Translations under genes and position numbers: made by a program
Part shown: one piece after another, positions 45,553 to 56,250 of the stretch
How the letters are laid out: every line of letters begins with the position of its first letter
Position numbering within the stretch: position 1 is the first letter of the stretch
IMG/VR virus record: IMGVR_UViG_3300044984_003188
Length of the DNA stretch: 64,000 nt
Direction: 5' to 3' (one strand)
Source: a virus
Notes under the pieces: model-generated
The model's database searches: none
What the model was told of the DNA's origin: nothing
Seen by the model: only the letters and a program-made list of their open reading frames with translations

Positions 45553-45737
45553 TGAAAATGTATACTGTTAAGCAAGCAAATGATCAGTACTATGTCTTTG
45601 AAACAGCTAGTGAAAACTACATTCGACAGTTCAAGGATAAGAATGAAGCATGGAAGTACTGTAAGCTCATGAACCGAGGGCAACAAGGTTTCCAGGGGTG
45701 GACGCCAGCTTTTGTTGCTGGAATTAGCGCTCCATAA
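45552..45737 (+). CDS. Hypothetical protein
   Basis: C-terminal GFQGWTPAF. Confidence 0.6.
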   Translation: MKMYTVKQANDQYYVFETASENYIRQFKDKNEAWKYCKLMNRGQQGFQGWTPAFVAGISAP

Positions 45738-45763
45738 ATACATAAAAAATAAAAGTCTAACTC

Positions 45764-45793
45764 AAGAGCAGATCGAAAGGTCTGCTCTTTTTT
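45764..45793 (+). terminator. Rho-independent terminator
   Basis: AAGAGCAGAT-cgaaag-GTCTGCTCTTTTTTT. Confidence 0.85.
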
Positions 45794-45837
45794 TATTTTA
45801 TAAATATAGAAAACATTTAATATTTTGGGAACCACAT

Positions 45838-46911
45838 ATGGCGGTTGATTCAAATACTTTTAAAAAGATAGGTGAAGTATTAGATTCTATCTCTTTAAAA
45901 TACAATTTTCAAGTAGCAAGAACAAGTCCTGCAGGAAAGCCAGCATCTGATAAACGTGGTGGCCGTGAATATAGAATGCAACTTATCAATTCTAATAATG
46001 ATACATCAGAATCATATAAAAAATATTTAATGAATTTAATATCTGTCTCAATAGAAGATGTTAAAAATATAAAATTTAATGAATTATCATCTAATAGTTC
46101 TAAGTATTCATCAGTATCTTTTGATTTTGATGGGACTAGTTTTGATGTTATCATTTCAAAAGGTTCAAATAAAGGTGAAAATTTTGAAAAGAAAGTTGTA
46201 TCAGATCTACAAGGTGTTTTTCAAAATAAAGGTTTGGGTTCTGATTATAAAACTTTGGTAAAACAACTCACAACCGCAAATCCAAAATTTGCTAAAAATG
46301 AAATTATTGATGTTAAACAAAGAACAGGATCAACTAAAAAAGAAGGCGTACCAATTGAAAATCTTGGTGAAATAATCGGAGATATTGTTTTGACCGATTC
46401 AATTGGTGAAAAATGGTATATTTCACTTAAAGATGTGAACGGTGATACATTCAGTTCATATTCTGGTGCCGCTAGTTTGATGGATAATAATGGTAATTTA
46501 GCACCTAAATCTGCTGGTGCTGAGTTTCTTAATGCATTCGGTGCTAATTTAAATTTAATTCAAGAAGGTTATGATCTTAGAGCCAAAAAGAAAATTGTTA
46601 GAAAATCAATACCTATAGCTAAAATAAATTCATCAAAGATAAAAGCTATATTTGAACGTGCATGGGGTATGAATTATTTCTATGTAAGAAAAACATCTGG
46701 TGGTTGGAAAATATTTTGGTTGGATAGAAAAAAACTAGATAATCTTACTTCCAATATTAAAGTAACGGATATTAAATATCCTACTGCTTCATCCAAACAG
46801 ATAACTATTATGTGTTCAAATAATTATGCAGAATACTTAATAGAAATAAGAAATAGTAAGGGTGGGGAATATCCAAATGACACTAAATTTAAAATAAAAG
46901 CATTAAAATAA
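45838..46911 (+). CDS. Putative PD-(D/E)XK nuclease
   Basis: GENFE...IGDIVL...YISLK pattern; late promoter TATAAATA at ~45798; AT-rich. Confidence 0.55.
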   Translation: MAVDSNTFKKIGEVLDSISLKYNFQVARTSPAGKPASDKRGGREYRMQLINSNNDTSESYKKYLMNLISVSIEDVKNIKFNELSSNSSKYSSVSFDFDGTSFDVIISKGSNKGENFEKKVVSDLQGVFQNKGLGSDYKTLVKQLTTANPKFAKNEIIDVKQRTGSTKKEGVPIENLGEIIGDIVLTDSIGEKWYISLKDVNGDTFSSYSGAASLMDNNGNLAPKSAGAEFLNAFGANLNLIQEGYDLRAKKKIVRKSIPIAKINSSKIKAIFERAWGMNYFYVRKTSGGWKIFWLDRKKLDNLTSNIKVTDIKYPTASSKQITIMCSNNYAEYLIEIRNSKGGEYPNDTKFKIKALK

Positions 46912-46923
46912 GAAAGCATAGCT

Positions 46924-48975
46924 ATGATTCAATTTTCAAACTTTCTAATAGAATCACTAGACGTTGATAAGCTCAAACACTTAGAGCATGCTGAGGATCA
47001 TATCATTCATGGTGGTGAAGAAGGATTAGTACATGCTGCTGATAATCTTGATGATCTTCATAATTTTCTTACTGGTGGTAAGTCTAAATCAAAAGTAACC
47101 ACAAAATACGATGGCAGCCCATCCGTAGCATTTGGGATTAATCCAGAGAACGGAAAGTTTTTTGTTGGTTCAAAATCTGTATTCAATGTGAATCCAAAGA
47201 TTAACTATACAGAAGCAGATATTGACAAGAATCATGGGCATGCGCCAGGGCTTGCCCAGAAACTTAAAATAGCACTAAAACACTTACCTAAGATTATGCC
47301 TACTGATACTAAAGGGAATCCTACTGGTGTATATCAGGGTGATTTCCTTTATGATAAAAATGATCTTGAAGATGAGGATGGTAAGTATAAGTTTGCACCA
47401 AATACAATTACGTATTCTGCGCCAAAAGATTCAGGTATGGGCAGAAAAATGAATGCATCAGAAATGGGCTTTGTTGTTCATACCAAATACAATGGTAAAA
47501 ATCTGACTGATATGAAAGCTGGATTTGATGTGGATCATTCTAAATTTAAACAAGATCCAGATGTAAATTTAGTCAATCCAGAAATTAATGATACTTCTAA
47601 ATCGGTCTATTCACCTATTCAGCAAAGTATATACAAAAAACATATTGAAGCCGCCACTGAAAATTTTAGAAATACATCTTCCGATACTTTAAAGAACTTA
47701 GGTAAGCATGATGCTTATATTAAACCTTATATAAATCAAACTGTTCGAGATGGAACCACTCCATCAGTAGATGATTATAAGTCATCACTTGAAAGTAAAA
47801 GGGATAAAGAAGTTGCAAAAGTCAAAACCGAAGCTGCAAAGCAAAAGAAGGCTTCTGTTTATGATGAGCTTATTAATGACCTTAATAGCAACAAGCAAGA
47901 CTACTCCCGAGCGTTTGCGATACATCATCATTTACAGAAAGCTAAGGATACTTTGGTTTCAGCTTTAGGTAATCCTACGGAATTTGAGCACACAGTTGGT
48001 GGTAAAAAAGTAAAACCAGAAGGGTTTGTTTCAATCCGTAATGGTAGACCTACAAAACTAGTTGATAGAGCAGAATTTAGTCGCTTGAATTTTGCTAATA
48101 ATAGAGGTCGTGGTGAAGATACACCAGCAGAACCGGATGCTGTAAAGCCAAACGAAAGGGATACTAAGAACCCACATGTATTGGCATTTGGTAGAATGAA
48201 TCCACCAACAATAGGTCACGGTGCTTTAGTTGATAAGGTGAAAGAATTGGCTTCTGCTAATAAAGCAAAGCACACTGTAGTATTATCGCACTCACAAGAT
48301 CCGGAAAAGAATCCACTATCAGCTGAACAAAAGATAAAGCACGCCAAAAGATTCTTTCCAAATACCAATATTGAAGCAGCATCTGATGAAGCACCAACAT
48401 TTATCCATCATGCAAAAAAGCTTCATAAGCAAGGTGTAGACCATCTCATTATGGTGGGTGGATCTGATAGAGTTGATGAATATAAAAAGATTCTGGATAA
48501 GTATAATGGACCAGGCAAAGACTTCAACTTCAAAAGAATAGACGTGGTTTCCGCTGGTGAAAGAGATCCTGATGCCGAAGGTGTATCTGGTATGTCGGCA
48601 TCAAAAATGCGTGGTCATGCTATGGGTAGAAATTTCTCTGAGTTCAAAAAGGGAATACCTAGTCATGTGCACCCAGAACATGCTAAGGAACTTTATGATG
48701 AAGTTCGTAAAGCAATGCATATTGAAATTGGACCTCAAACTTCTGGTATTTCTCTTGCTAGATATGCCAAGAGAAATGATGAAATTGGACACAGAGCTAA
48801 GGTGGAACAGAAGCGAAGAGAAGAAACCAAGACTGCTACAAAAGTAAAAAATATCAATAAAGCTCCAAAAATTATAAAAGCAAAAGATATTAAAGAAGAA
48901 GTTACTGCTGATTCATCCAATGACAATTTAAAAAAGTTTGTTAAGCTTTGGCACGGAAGCTTGCATAGAAAATAA
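46924..48975 (+). CDS. Fusion protein with C-terminal cytidylyltransferase-like (HxGH) domain
   Basis: KHLEHAED/TKYDGSP N-terminal domain; AFGRMNPPTIGH, GGSDRV, SAGERDPD, MSASKMR. Confidence 0.85.
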   Translation: MIQFSNFLIESLDVDKLKHLEHAEDHIIHGGEEGLVHAADNLDDLHNFLTGGKSKSKVTTKYDGSPSVAFGINPENGKFFVGSKSVFNVNPKINYTEADIDKNHGHAPGLAQKLKIALKHLPKIMPTDTKGNPTGVYQGDFLYDKNDLEDEDGKYKFAPNTITYSAPKDSGMGRKMNASEMGFVVHTKYNGKNLTDMKAGFDVDHSKFKQDPDVNLVNPEINDTSKSVYSPIQQSIYKKHIEAATENFRNTSSDTLKNLGKHDAYIKPYINQTVRDGTTPSVDDYKSSLESKRDKEVAKVKTEAAKQKKASVYDELINDLNSNKQDYSRAFAIHHHLQKAKDTLVSALGNPTEFEHTVGGKKVKPEGFVSIRNGRPTKLVDRAEFSRLNFANNRGRGEDTPAEPDAVKPNERDTKNPHVLAFGRMNPPTIGHGALVDKVKELASANKAKHTVVLSHSQDPEKNPLSAEQKIKHAKRFFPNTNIEAASDEAPTFIHHAKKLHKQGVDHLIMVGGSDRVDEYKKILDKYNGPGKDFNFKRIDVVSAGERDPDAEGVSGMSASKMRGHAMGRNFSEFKKGIPSHVHPEHAKELYDEVRKAMHIEIGPQTSGISLARYAKRNDEIGHRAKVEQKRREETKTATKVKNINKAPKIIKAKDIKEEVTADSSNDNLKKFVKLWHGSLHRK

Positions 48976-48993
48976 AGTAAGGAATTAAATTAA

Positions 48994-50307
48994 ATGGCAC
49001 AGTTTCGTAAAGATAGACACGAATATCTTGCTGATGGTAAAACTATCTTTGAAGTAGTAATGCTTGCCGATCAGTACGGTAGTCTAGTCGGTCCCGCAAA
49101 TCCTTCTGGTACTGCGGTTGATGCTTTTGGTAGAGCAAGAATGTCGCTACCCTTGACATTGTTTGATTCCTCCCATCGTTATAAAGATAATGGTCTTTGG
49201 TCCACTTCTAATACAGCAGGTTCAACATATGCACATAATGCAAATGCCGGTTTAATTGAACTAAATTTACCCACTACAACAAATGCCGAGATTGTGCGTG
49301 AAACAACAAAGGTGTTTTCTTATCAACCTGGTAAGTCTTTGCAGATAATGAGTACATTTGTATTCAATGCAGCTAAAGCAAATCTCCGCCAGCGTGTTGG
49401 TTATTTTGGCGCACAAAATGGCATTTACGTTGAACTTGATGGAACAACTCTTAATTTTGTTGAAAGATCATATATTAGTGGTGCAGTAAATGAAACACGT
49501 GTTGCTCAAGCTGATTGGAATATAGATACTCTTCTAGGTTCCGTTGACTCAAGCCCTTCTCAGATTACTCTTGACATTTCAAAAGCACAAATTCTATTCA
49601 TTGATATTGAATGGTTAGGTTTAGGGACCGTTAGATGTGGATTTGTAATTGATGGTAAAATGGTTCACTGTCATTCATTTCATCACGCAAATAAAGTTAC
49701 GTCAACATATATGACAACAGCATCACTTCCGTTGCGTTATGAGATTAAAAATACCGGAACAACAGCATCTTCAAGCACTATGAAGCAAGTGTGTTCAACC
49801 GTTATTAGTGAAGGTGGTTATGAACTCCGTGGTGAACAGTGGGCGGTTGGGACTCCAGTTCAAACACCTAAAGCATTAACAACAGCTGGTACTTATTATC
49901 CTGTTGTTTCTATTCGGTTGAAATCTGATCGTCTTGAAGCAATTGCTATTTTGACGGCACTTTCTATTCTGGGTATCAATTCCAATCCATGTTCCGTTGC
50001 TTGGAGAGTTTATAGAGGAGCAACATTAACTTCACCATCTTGGAGCCCAGGTAGTTCTGATAGTTCCGTTGAATATGATATGACAGCAACAGGTTTAAGT
50101 GGTGGGACTGTATTAGCACAAGGATATATTGGCATCACAAACCAAGCATCGCAGACAATTGACGTTCTAAAAGAAGCATTATTTAAGTTTCAATTGCAAC
50201 GAAATGGTTTAACAGGTGTTCCAGAACCAATTACAATTGCTATGGCAGCATCAGTTAATAATGTCAATGCACTTGCTTCTATGGACTGGGAAGAAATTAC
50301 GAGATAA
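48994..50307 (+). CDS. Probable virion structural protein
   Basis: Beta-rich, Thr/Ser-rich; DAFGR and YQPGKS motifs; late region. Confidence 0.65.
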   Translation: MAQFRKDRHEYLADGKTIFEVVMLADQYGSLVGPANPSGTAVDAFGRARMSLPLTLFDSSHRYKDNGLWSTSNTAGSTYAHNANAGLIELNLPTTTNAEIVRETTKVFSYQPGKSLQIMSTFVFNAAKANLRQRVGYFGAQNGIYVELDGTTLNFVERSYISGAVNETRVAQADWNIDTLLGSVDSSPSQITLDISKAQILFIDIEWLGLGTVRCGFVIDGKMVHCHSFHHANKVTSTYMTTASLPLRYEIKNTGTTASSSTMKQVCSTVISEGGYELRGEQWAVGTPVQTPKALTTAGTYYPVVSIRLKSDRLEAIAILTALSILGINSNPCSVAWRVYRGATLTSPSWSPGSSDSSVEYDMTATGLSGGTVLAQGYIGITNQASQTIDVLKEALFKFQLQRNGLTGVPEPITIAMAASVNNVNALASMDWEEITR

Positions 50308-50342
50308 CTTTTTTTATAAATATAAAAAAATTGGAGATTTCT

Positions 50343-50933
50343 ATGTTAGACGAAAAAAGAGGACTCTGGGATAATATCCATGCCAAGAGAAAAAGAATAG
50401 CGTCTGGTTCTGGTGAACGCATGCGTAAGCCAGGTGAAAAGGGTGCACCTACTGCTGCTGATCTTAAAGCTTCACAAGTGAAAGAAGATGCAGAAAAGCA
50501 TTCTAATGACCCAAGAAAACCAGCATCTAGATTTGATGCTTCTAATGAATTGGTAAAGACCTATAAAGACGAAACACCAGGTCAATCTAAGAATCCTTCC
50601 AAGACTCTTCGTATTCTCAAAAAGGTTGTTGAAGAAGCTCTTTATGAATGCAATGGAAATTGCACATGTGGTAAACATCAACCACCTGTTACTGAAGCTG
50701 AATATCAAGGTCGCTCGGTTCCTATTGGTAAGCCTATGAAGGGTGACGTCAAGAAATCCAAAGTTTATGTGAAGAATGAAAAGGGAAATACCATTAAGGT
50801 CAATTTTGGTGATCCTAATATGACAATTAAAAAGAATATTCCAGCTCGTAGAAAAAGTTTTAGAGCACGTCACAACTGTGATAATCCAGGACCTCGCACA
50901 AAAGCAAGATATTGGAGCTGCAGAGCATGGTAA
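50343..50933 (+). CDS. Conserved T4-like late protein
   Basis: GLWDNIHAKRKR and ARRKSFRARHNC...ARYWSC; TATAAATA upstream. Confidence 0.75.
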   Translation: MLDEKRGLWDNIHAKRKRIASGSGERMRKPGEKGAPTAADLKASQVKEDAEKHSNDPRKPASRFDASNELVKTYKDETPGQSKNPSKTLRILKKVVEEALYECNGNCTCGKHQPPVTEAEYQGRSVPIGKPMKGDVKKSKVYVKNEKGNTIKVNFGDPNMTIKKNIPARRKSFRARHNCDNPGPRTKARYWSCRAW

Positions 50934-51035
50934 AGTTTAAAGTGGTAGATCCGGTGAAAAAAATGGTTCGTAAAATATTAAATTATCTCAAGTGCACATT
51001 TATATGCCGCCAGAGATGCTTAAAAGGTAAATAAT

Positions 51036-51473
51036 ATGACGGAATTAGTTGATCAGATGAAAGTTGTGCTAGCTAGCACATTTGCTTTATATCTAAAGAC
51101 TCATAACTTTCATTGGAATGTAGAAGGATCTAACTTTGTTCAGTATCACACATATTTTGGCGACTTGTATGGTGAACTCTGGGGTGCAGTTGATACTATA
51201 GCTGAACATATCAGAATACTTGGTGTTTATGCACCAGGAAGTTTATTAAGATTCTCACAATTATCAGTTATTGATGATCAAATTAATATTCCAACATCAT
51301 TAAATATGATTAAAGAACTTGAAGCTGATAACAGTAAGCTTAAAAATGAAATAGTAAAAGCTTATTTACTAGCAGAAAAAGCTAATGAAGCCGGTCTTTC
51401 CAATTTTCTACAGGATAGAATAGACATTCATGCTAAGCACGGATGGTTCCTAAAGTCAATGGGTAAGTCATGA
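51036..51473 (+). CDS. dps: Dps ferritin-like DNA-protection protein
   Basis: HNFHWNVEG, DTIAEHIR, HAKHGWFL. Confidence 0.93.
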   Translation: MTELVDQMKVVLASTFALYLKTHNFHWNVEGSNFVQYHTYFGDLYGELWGAVDTIAEHIRILGVYAPGSLLRFSQLSVIDDQINIPTSLNMIKELEADNSKLKNEIVKAYLLAEKANEAGLSNFLQDRIDIHAKHGWFLKSMGKS

Positions 51474-52186
51474 AAGAAGCAGCCATAATTTCTCAGGGTA
51501 GAATTATAGGTGCTAGAGATGGCGCTTTTCGTCAATCCTCAAAATCTTCTGGTAGAGGAAGACATGATCATGGACTAGATGTTGGAGCAAGACGTAATAC
51601 TGCTCATGAAAAAGCATCAAAGGAACAAGATGCGGAACGTAAAGCAGAAAAAGAAAAAGAAATAGCTAAACGTAAAAAAGAATCTGAAAAGAGAATCAAT
51701 CAAATGGAAGAAACTGAATCATCTGGTACCAAAATAAGAACCAAGATCAAAAATGTTAGTCGCCCAGATGATGTAGTTCCAACTTCAGGTAAGTCAAAGC
51801 TATCAAAGACCGCTGAAATTATCAGAAAAATAGTTGAGGAACGTATACTATTTGAGTCTGAGCATTTAAAGTCTTATAAAAAAGTATCATCATCTGAAAA
51901 TTATACTACATTTAAACACCCCGATGGTGATACTTTAAGTATTAAGAACAGTGGTTTTTTTCATGCCATTCATAAGGATTCAAATGGCAAAACCCACGCT
52001 TTTCATGATCAAATGAGTTTATCATCTCATTTAAATAAATCTCATGGTGATAAACCAGTAGTTAAAGCTAAAGGTAAGTTATTGGATAAGCCAAAACTTA
52101 GAAGAATATCGGATTATAAACCAGTAGAAAAACCACCCATCAAACATGGTTGGGTATCAACATTTCAGAAACAGGAGAAAACTTAA
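51470..52186 (+). CDS. Charged putative internal head protein
   Basis: Lys/Glu/His-rich; late cluster. Confidence 0.55.
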   Translation: MKEAAIISQGRIIGARDGAFRQSSKSSGRGRHDHGLDVGARRNTAHEKASKEQDAERKAEKEKEIAKRKKESEKRINQMEETESSGTKIRTKIKNVSRPDDVVPTSGKSKLSKTAEIIRKIVEERILFESEHLKSYKKVSSSENYTTFKHPDGDTLSIKNSGFFHAIHKDSNGKTHAFHDQMSLSSHLNKSHGDKPVVKAKGKLLDKPKLRRISDYKPVEKPPIKHGWVSTFQKQEKT

Positions 52187-53541
52187 TGTTCAGCGATAAG
52201 CGATTTGGACTTTCAAGCAGCTTAATTGCTGCATCACGTGGTATCTTAGGTGAAGAAAAAGAAGATAAAGATAAAATCGACCCTAAAATGATGAAGGGTG
52301 GAAAAACTAAAGTAGAACTAGAACCAAAAACTGATGATGATACTAGAGACTATGATGACAAAAAGAAGTCTATGAAAGAAGGTAAAGAGCATACCGTTCC
52401 AAAGACTGATAAAGAAAAGAAGCTTGCCGCTCTTGCTTCACCAAAGGATAAGATCACTCATAAAGATGTGATGGTTGGTCGTGGTGTTATTGCTAAGGAA
52501 GAAGTTGATCTAGAGTCTCTGACTGAAGAAGATCTTGAAGAAGCATTAAAGAAGTCACAACCTGCAGGTGAATGGATTAAAGACTTTGTTAAGTCTGATA
52601 ATCCAAAGTTTGCTGGCAAGTCAAAGAAGAAGCGTATGCAAATGGCTCTCGGTGCATACTATGCTAAGCAACGCAATGAAGAAGTTGAACTATCTGATGA
52701 AGAACTTGCACGTCTAGATGCTATTGCTCAATCTCTAGATGAAGCAAAGCCAACTATTGTTTCAGCTCCTATCCGTGGTGCTAATCAAGATCAGTCTGGT
52801 GAAAACACCAAGAGCACATCTACTGATTATACCATTTCCGATTCAAAGAAGATGAAGAAAGAAGAACTTGAACTAGATGAAGATAAAATATATTTTAAAC
52901 ACACATCTGGCGTAAAAGGTGAAATTGAAAAATTAGGTAGAAATTATGTTACCAAAATAAAAGGCGCTATTCCTGGATATGGTCATATTTCACAAAAACA
53001 TCATAATACTAGAATTGATGCTGAAAACCATATGAAAAAAATTGGTTTTCATAAAGAAGAACTTGAACTAGATGAAGATAAAATATATTTTAAACACACA
53101 TCTGGCGTAAAAGGTGAAATTGAAAAATTAGGTAGAAATTATGTTACCAAAATAAAAGGCGCTATTCCTGGATATGGTCATATTTCACAAAAACATCATA
53201 ATACTAGAATTGATGCTGAAAACCATATGAAAAAAATTGGTTTTCATAAAGAAGAACTTGAACTAGATGAAGCAAAGCGTGGGCGCCCAAAGAAGAACCC
53301 AACACCAGATGATGAACAAGAAGAACATGAACATGTTATTATGCAGCTTCGTAAAGTTGTCTCAACTCATGGTGCTTTATCAGTCAAGCATCTTGATGGT
53401 AAATCCACAAAGATTACACCACAACTTGCTCAGCATGCTTTGAATAAACACTCCGCCATGAAGACTGCCGCTGAAAAACAAGACTTCGAATCCAAGATGC
53501 ACAAGAGTCATGATTCTATGAAAAGTGCTCTTGGTCAATAA
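52186..53541 (+). CDS. Modular putative prohead core/internal polyprotein
   Basis: Repeated EEVEL/EELELDE linkers; exact 65-aa duplication. Confidence 0.65.
   Translation: MFSDKRFGLSSSLIAASRGILGEEKEDKDKIDPKMMKGGKTKVELEPKTDDDTRDYDDKKKSMKEGKEHTVPKTDKEKKLAALASPKDKITHKDVMVGRGVIAKEEVDLESLTEEDLEEALKKSQPAGEWIKDFVKSDNPKFAGKSKKKRMQMALGAYYAKQRNEEVELSDEELARLDAIAQSLDEAKPTIVSAPIRGANQDQSGENTKSTSTDYTISDSKKMKKEELELDEDKIYFKHTSGVKGEIEKLGRNYVTKIKGAIPGYGHISQKHHNTRIDAENHMKKIGFHKEELELDEDKIYFKHTSGVKGEIEKLGRNYVTKIKGAIPGYGHISQKHHNTRIDAENHMKKIGFHKEELELDEAKRGRPKKNPTPDDEQEEHEHVIMQLRKVVSTHGALSVKHLDGKSTKITPQLAQHALNKHSAMKTAAEKQDFESKMHKSHDSMKSALGQ
52858..53272 (+). repeat. Exact 195-bp tandem duplication bounded by a 25-bp direct repeat
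   Basis: AAAGAAGAACTTGAACTAGATGAAG at 52858, 53053 and 53248. Confidence 0.92.
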
Positions 53542-53573
53542 TAAATAAAAGAAACTTTTCAAAGGATATTAAA

Positions 53574-54203
53574 ATGTCAGTGGCATATACATATAGGGTA
53601 AAATGGAGTGCTACTGATATGTCTTATTATGGTATAAGATATGCTAAAGGTTGCAGTCCCAGTGAATTATGGAAAACATATTTTACGTCATCAAAATATG
53701 TTAATGCATATAGAAAAGAATATGGTGAACCAGATATAATACAAATTAGAAAACAATTTAATTGTATTAAAGAAGCTAGATCCTGGGAGCAAAAGGTGAT
53801 AACAAAACTAAATGCCCATAAAAGAAAAGATTATCTTAATAAAACAAATAATATAGCAATTATTAATACAGATGAAACAAATAAAAAAACATCTGAGAGA
53901 ATGAAAATAATCCGAAAAGGTGTTAAAAATATAAAATTATCTGAATTGAATAAATTAAAGGTTGGTGATTTAAATCCCTCAAGAAAATCTGAAGTAAGAA
54001 TTAAATTATCAATTGTTAATTCGGGTGCAAATAATGCTATGTATGGTGTTAAGGGTAGTCTTCATCCAAGATATGGTAAAATAGGGGCTTCAATAGGTAA
54101 AAAATGGTACCATGACCCTATAAATAATAAAGAATTTTATTTTTTTGAAAATGAAAAACCAAATAATTATCTCCCAGGAAGATTAAAAAAGAGAAAAGGA
54201 TAA
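53574..54203 (+). mobile_element. GIY-YIG-like homing endonuclease
   Basis: AYTYRVKW...YYGIR, YFTSS, YLN; NUMOD-like GANNAMYG; very AT-rich. Confidence 0.75.
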
Positions 54204-54208
54204 ATCAT

Positions 54209-54925
54209 ATGCTTTGGGGAAGAAACGATCAATCCGTAACAGCTAATTCCACAACAACAAGGGAGTCCTCAAACGGGGCTCCAATTGGAACTTATGTACT
54301 AGTAAAAGGCGACCAAGTTGGGCGTACTTCTGGTGCCAATGCTCACTTTGGTAATACCTCAGCACAATCACGTGCAAACGTTGATGTAAGAATGTTCAAT
54401 AATACCACACCTGGCGCATTTATAACAGGTCAGGCAGTAGGTATTTTTGGTGCTGATGCTGCCGAAGCCGCTTTTACTAAATTAACCCATGCCGGTTGGC
54501 TTGTCCGTAGAGCCGGAACAGGTTCACTTGCTTCATTCACAATTAATACTTCAGTAACAGCTACTGCATATAATAATGCTGACATTATTACCGTTAGATC
54601 TCTACAAGCTGGTGGTAATGCTACCGTAACCTTTACAACAAATTCAACCGGTGGTAATCTTGTATTTACCGTGTCAAATGTTGGTGCAGGTTTCACTTCG
54701 GCTACTATTCCAACTTCAAATATTTCTGTGACAAATTCAACTGGTGGTACTGCTGCTGGTAATACAACCGTCACAAACTTTATTGCAAGAGCTGGTGGTA
54801 GAGCAGGAAGAGTTCACTTTGAAACTCTTGTAGCTATGGGAAGCCTTGGTGCACAGACAGCGCCATATGGAACACCAGCACTTGTTGCTGATGCTTCCGA
54901 TGACACAATTCTACCTGATTCCTAA
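54209..54925 (+). CDS. Probable virion structural protein
   Basis: Thr/Ala/Gly-rich; HAGW and GRVHFETLVAM. Confidence 0.7.
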   Translation: MLWGRNDQSVTANSTTTRESSNGAPIGTYVLVKGDQVGRTSGANAHFGNTSAQSRANVDVRMFNNTTPGAFITGQAVGIFGADAAEAAFTKLTHAGWLVRRAGTGSLASFTINTSVTATAYNNADIITVRSLQAGGNATVTFTTNSTGGNLVFTVSNVGAGFTSATIPTSNISVTNSTGGTAAGNTTVTNFIARAGGRAGRVHFETLVAMGSLGAQTAPYGTPALVADASDDTILPDS

Positions 54926-54940
54926 TATTAGGTCAATATA

Positions 54941-55225
54941 ATGGCAAATGACGCTAAGAAAATTTCTGAACTAGCCGTCGCCACCACTCTATCTGCAAAT
55001 GATAGAGTGGTGGTACTTGTGAGTCCCTCTACCACAGCAAATGTTAAGACTATTACAACATCAAATTTTGCTAATAGTGTGGCAGCTAAATTTATTTCAA
55101 ATGTAGTGCCAACTAGTAATACATCCAATGGTAGCCCAGGGCAAATTGCTTATAACAACAATTATGTCTTTGTTTGTGTAGCCAATAATACATGGGGAAG
55201 AGCATCACTTACTCTTTCTTGGTAA
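54941..55225 (+). CDS. Probable small structural protein
   Basis: KKISEL N-terminus; GQIAY..YVFVCVANNTWGR. Confidence 0.65.
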   Translation: MANDAKKISELAVATTLSANDRVVVLVSPSTTANVKTITTSNFANSVAAKFISNVVPTSNTSNGSPGQIAYNNNYVFVCVANNTWGRASLTLSW

Positions 55226-55626
55226 TGATTCACGAAAAATTAACTGAAGATAATTTTCTAATATATTGTGCTAAGATATATGATAATCCTCAGATGTTAA
55301 CATCTGAGGAATTTCTTGAAGATCTTCATAGAATAAAGTATATTAAAAAACTTATAACAAGATATAGTGAATCAAAAGATATTAATGAAAGATTGATTTT
55401 AAATCACATCATAACTCTTCATAATTGTTTTGGTGTTTACTTGGCAAAAATCCTCTATTTAAAAATGAAAAAACAATTTCATTTTGTAAAACCTTTTCTT
55501 GTTTTAATTGATGCTTTACCAGCTATTATACACAATGTTGGTGATGAAATCATTGTATATACGGACTCAATTCCAATGGATCTAAATATTATAAAAGCAC
55601 TTAGAAAGATTAACAATGAAGGTTAA
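55225..55626 (+). CDS. Conserved T4-like hypothetical protein
   Basis: YDNP, EFLEDLHRIKYIKKL, RLILNHII. Confidence 0.75.
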   Translation: MIHEKLTEDNFLIYCAKIYDNPQMLTSEEFLEDLHRIKYIKKLITRYSESKDINERLILNHIITLHNCFGVYLAKILYLKMKKQFHFVKPFLVLIDALPAIIHNVGDEIIVYTDSIPMDLNIIKALRKINNEG

Positions 55627-55783
55627 AGAACAAGTAGCAACACCTGCAAATGCAGCTGGGTCTGGTTCTGTTGCTGGTATTGGTGTTGGATCTCAAGGTG
55701 AGCCTGGTGTTTATCCTAAGAAAAAGCTACGTCAAGTTATTTTAACAAAAACACCACTTAAAAGATTAACTCCAATTAAATAG
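55616..55783 (+). CDS. Small Gly-rich hypothetical protein (not in ORF track)
   Basis: MKVKEQVATPANAAGSGSVAGIGVG... Confidence 0.55.
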   Translation: MKVKEQVATPANAAGSGSVAGIGVGSQGEPGVYPKKKLRQVILTKTPLKRLTPIK

Positions 55784-55791
55784 GTAAGAAT

Positions 55792-56184
55792 ATGGCACCG
55801 TCAGAAGATCAGCGATTTGATAAAATAGAAGAAGCAATATCAAGGTTATCTTCTGTTGCATCCGACATGTCCAGAATGCTTGCTGTGCATGATCAAAGAC
55901 TTCAGCAACAAGAAAAAATGTCTGATACTATTGGTGCCCAACTTGAAAAAAGAAAAGATGAAGTAGACAAAAAATTTGATTTGGTCTATGAAACTATAAA
56001 ATCCGGCGATGAATCCATAAAGCAAGAAATTAAAAAAATAGTTGATGCCAGAGATAAACAAATAGATGGCGCAAATGAAAAAATTTCAAGACTAGAAAAA
56101 TGGCAGTGGATGGTCATGGGTGGTTCAGCTGTAATTGGATACCTCATTCACTTAGGGCTAAATGCAGCAAAAATATTGCAATAA
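55792..56184 (+). CDS. Coiled-coil protein with C-terminal TM helix
   Basis: LEKWQWMVMGG followed by a hydrophobic tail. Confidence 0.7.
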   Translation: MAPSEDQRFDKIEEAISRLSSVASDMSRMLAVHDQRLQQQEKMSDTIGAQLEKRKDEVDKKFDLVYETIKSGDESIKQEIKKIVDARDKQIDGANEKISRLEKWQWMVMGGSAVIGYLIHLGLNAAKILQ

Positions 56185-56250
56185 ACCTATTGACATTTTT
56201 GCCAACCATGGTATAATCAGGATTGACACAACAATGATGGTAATAAGATT

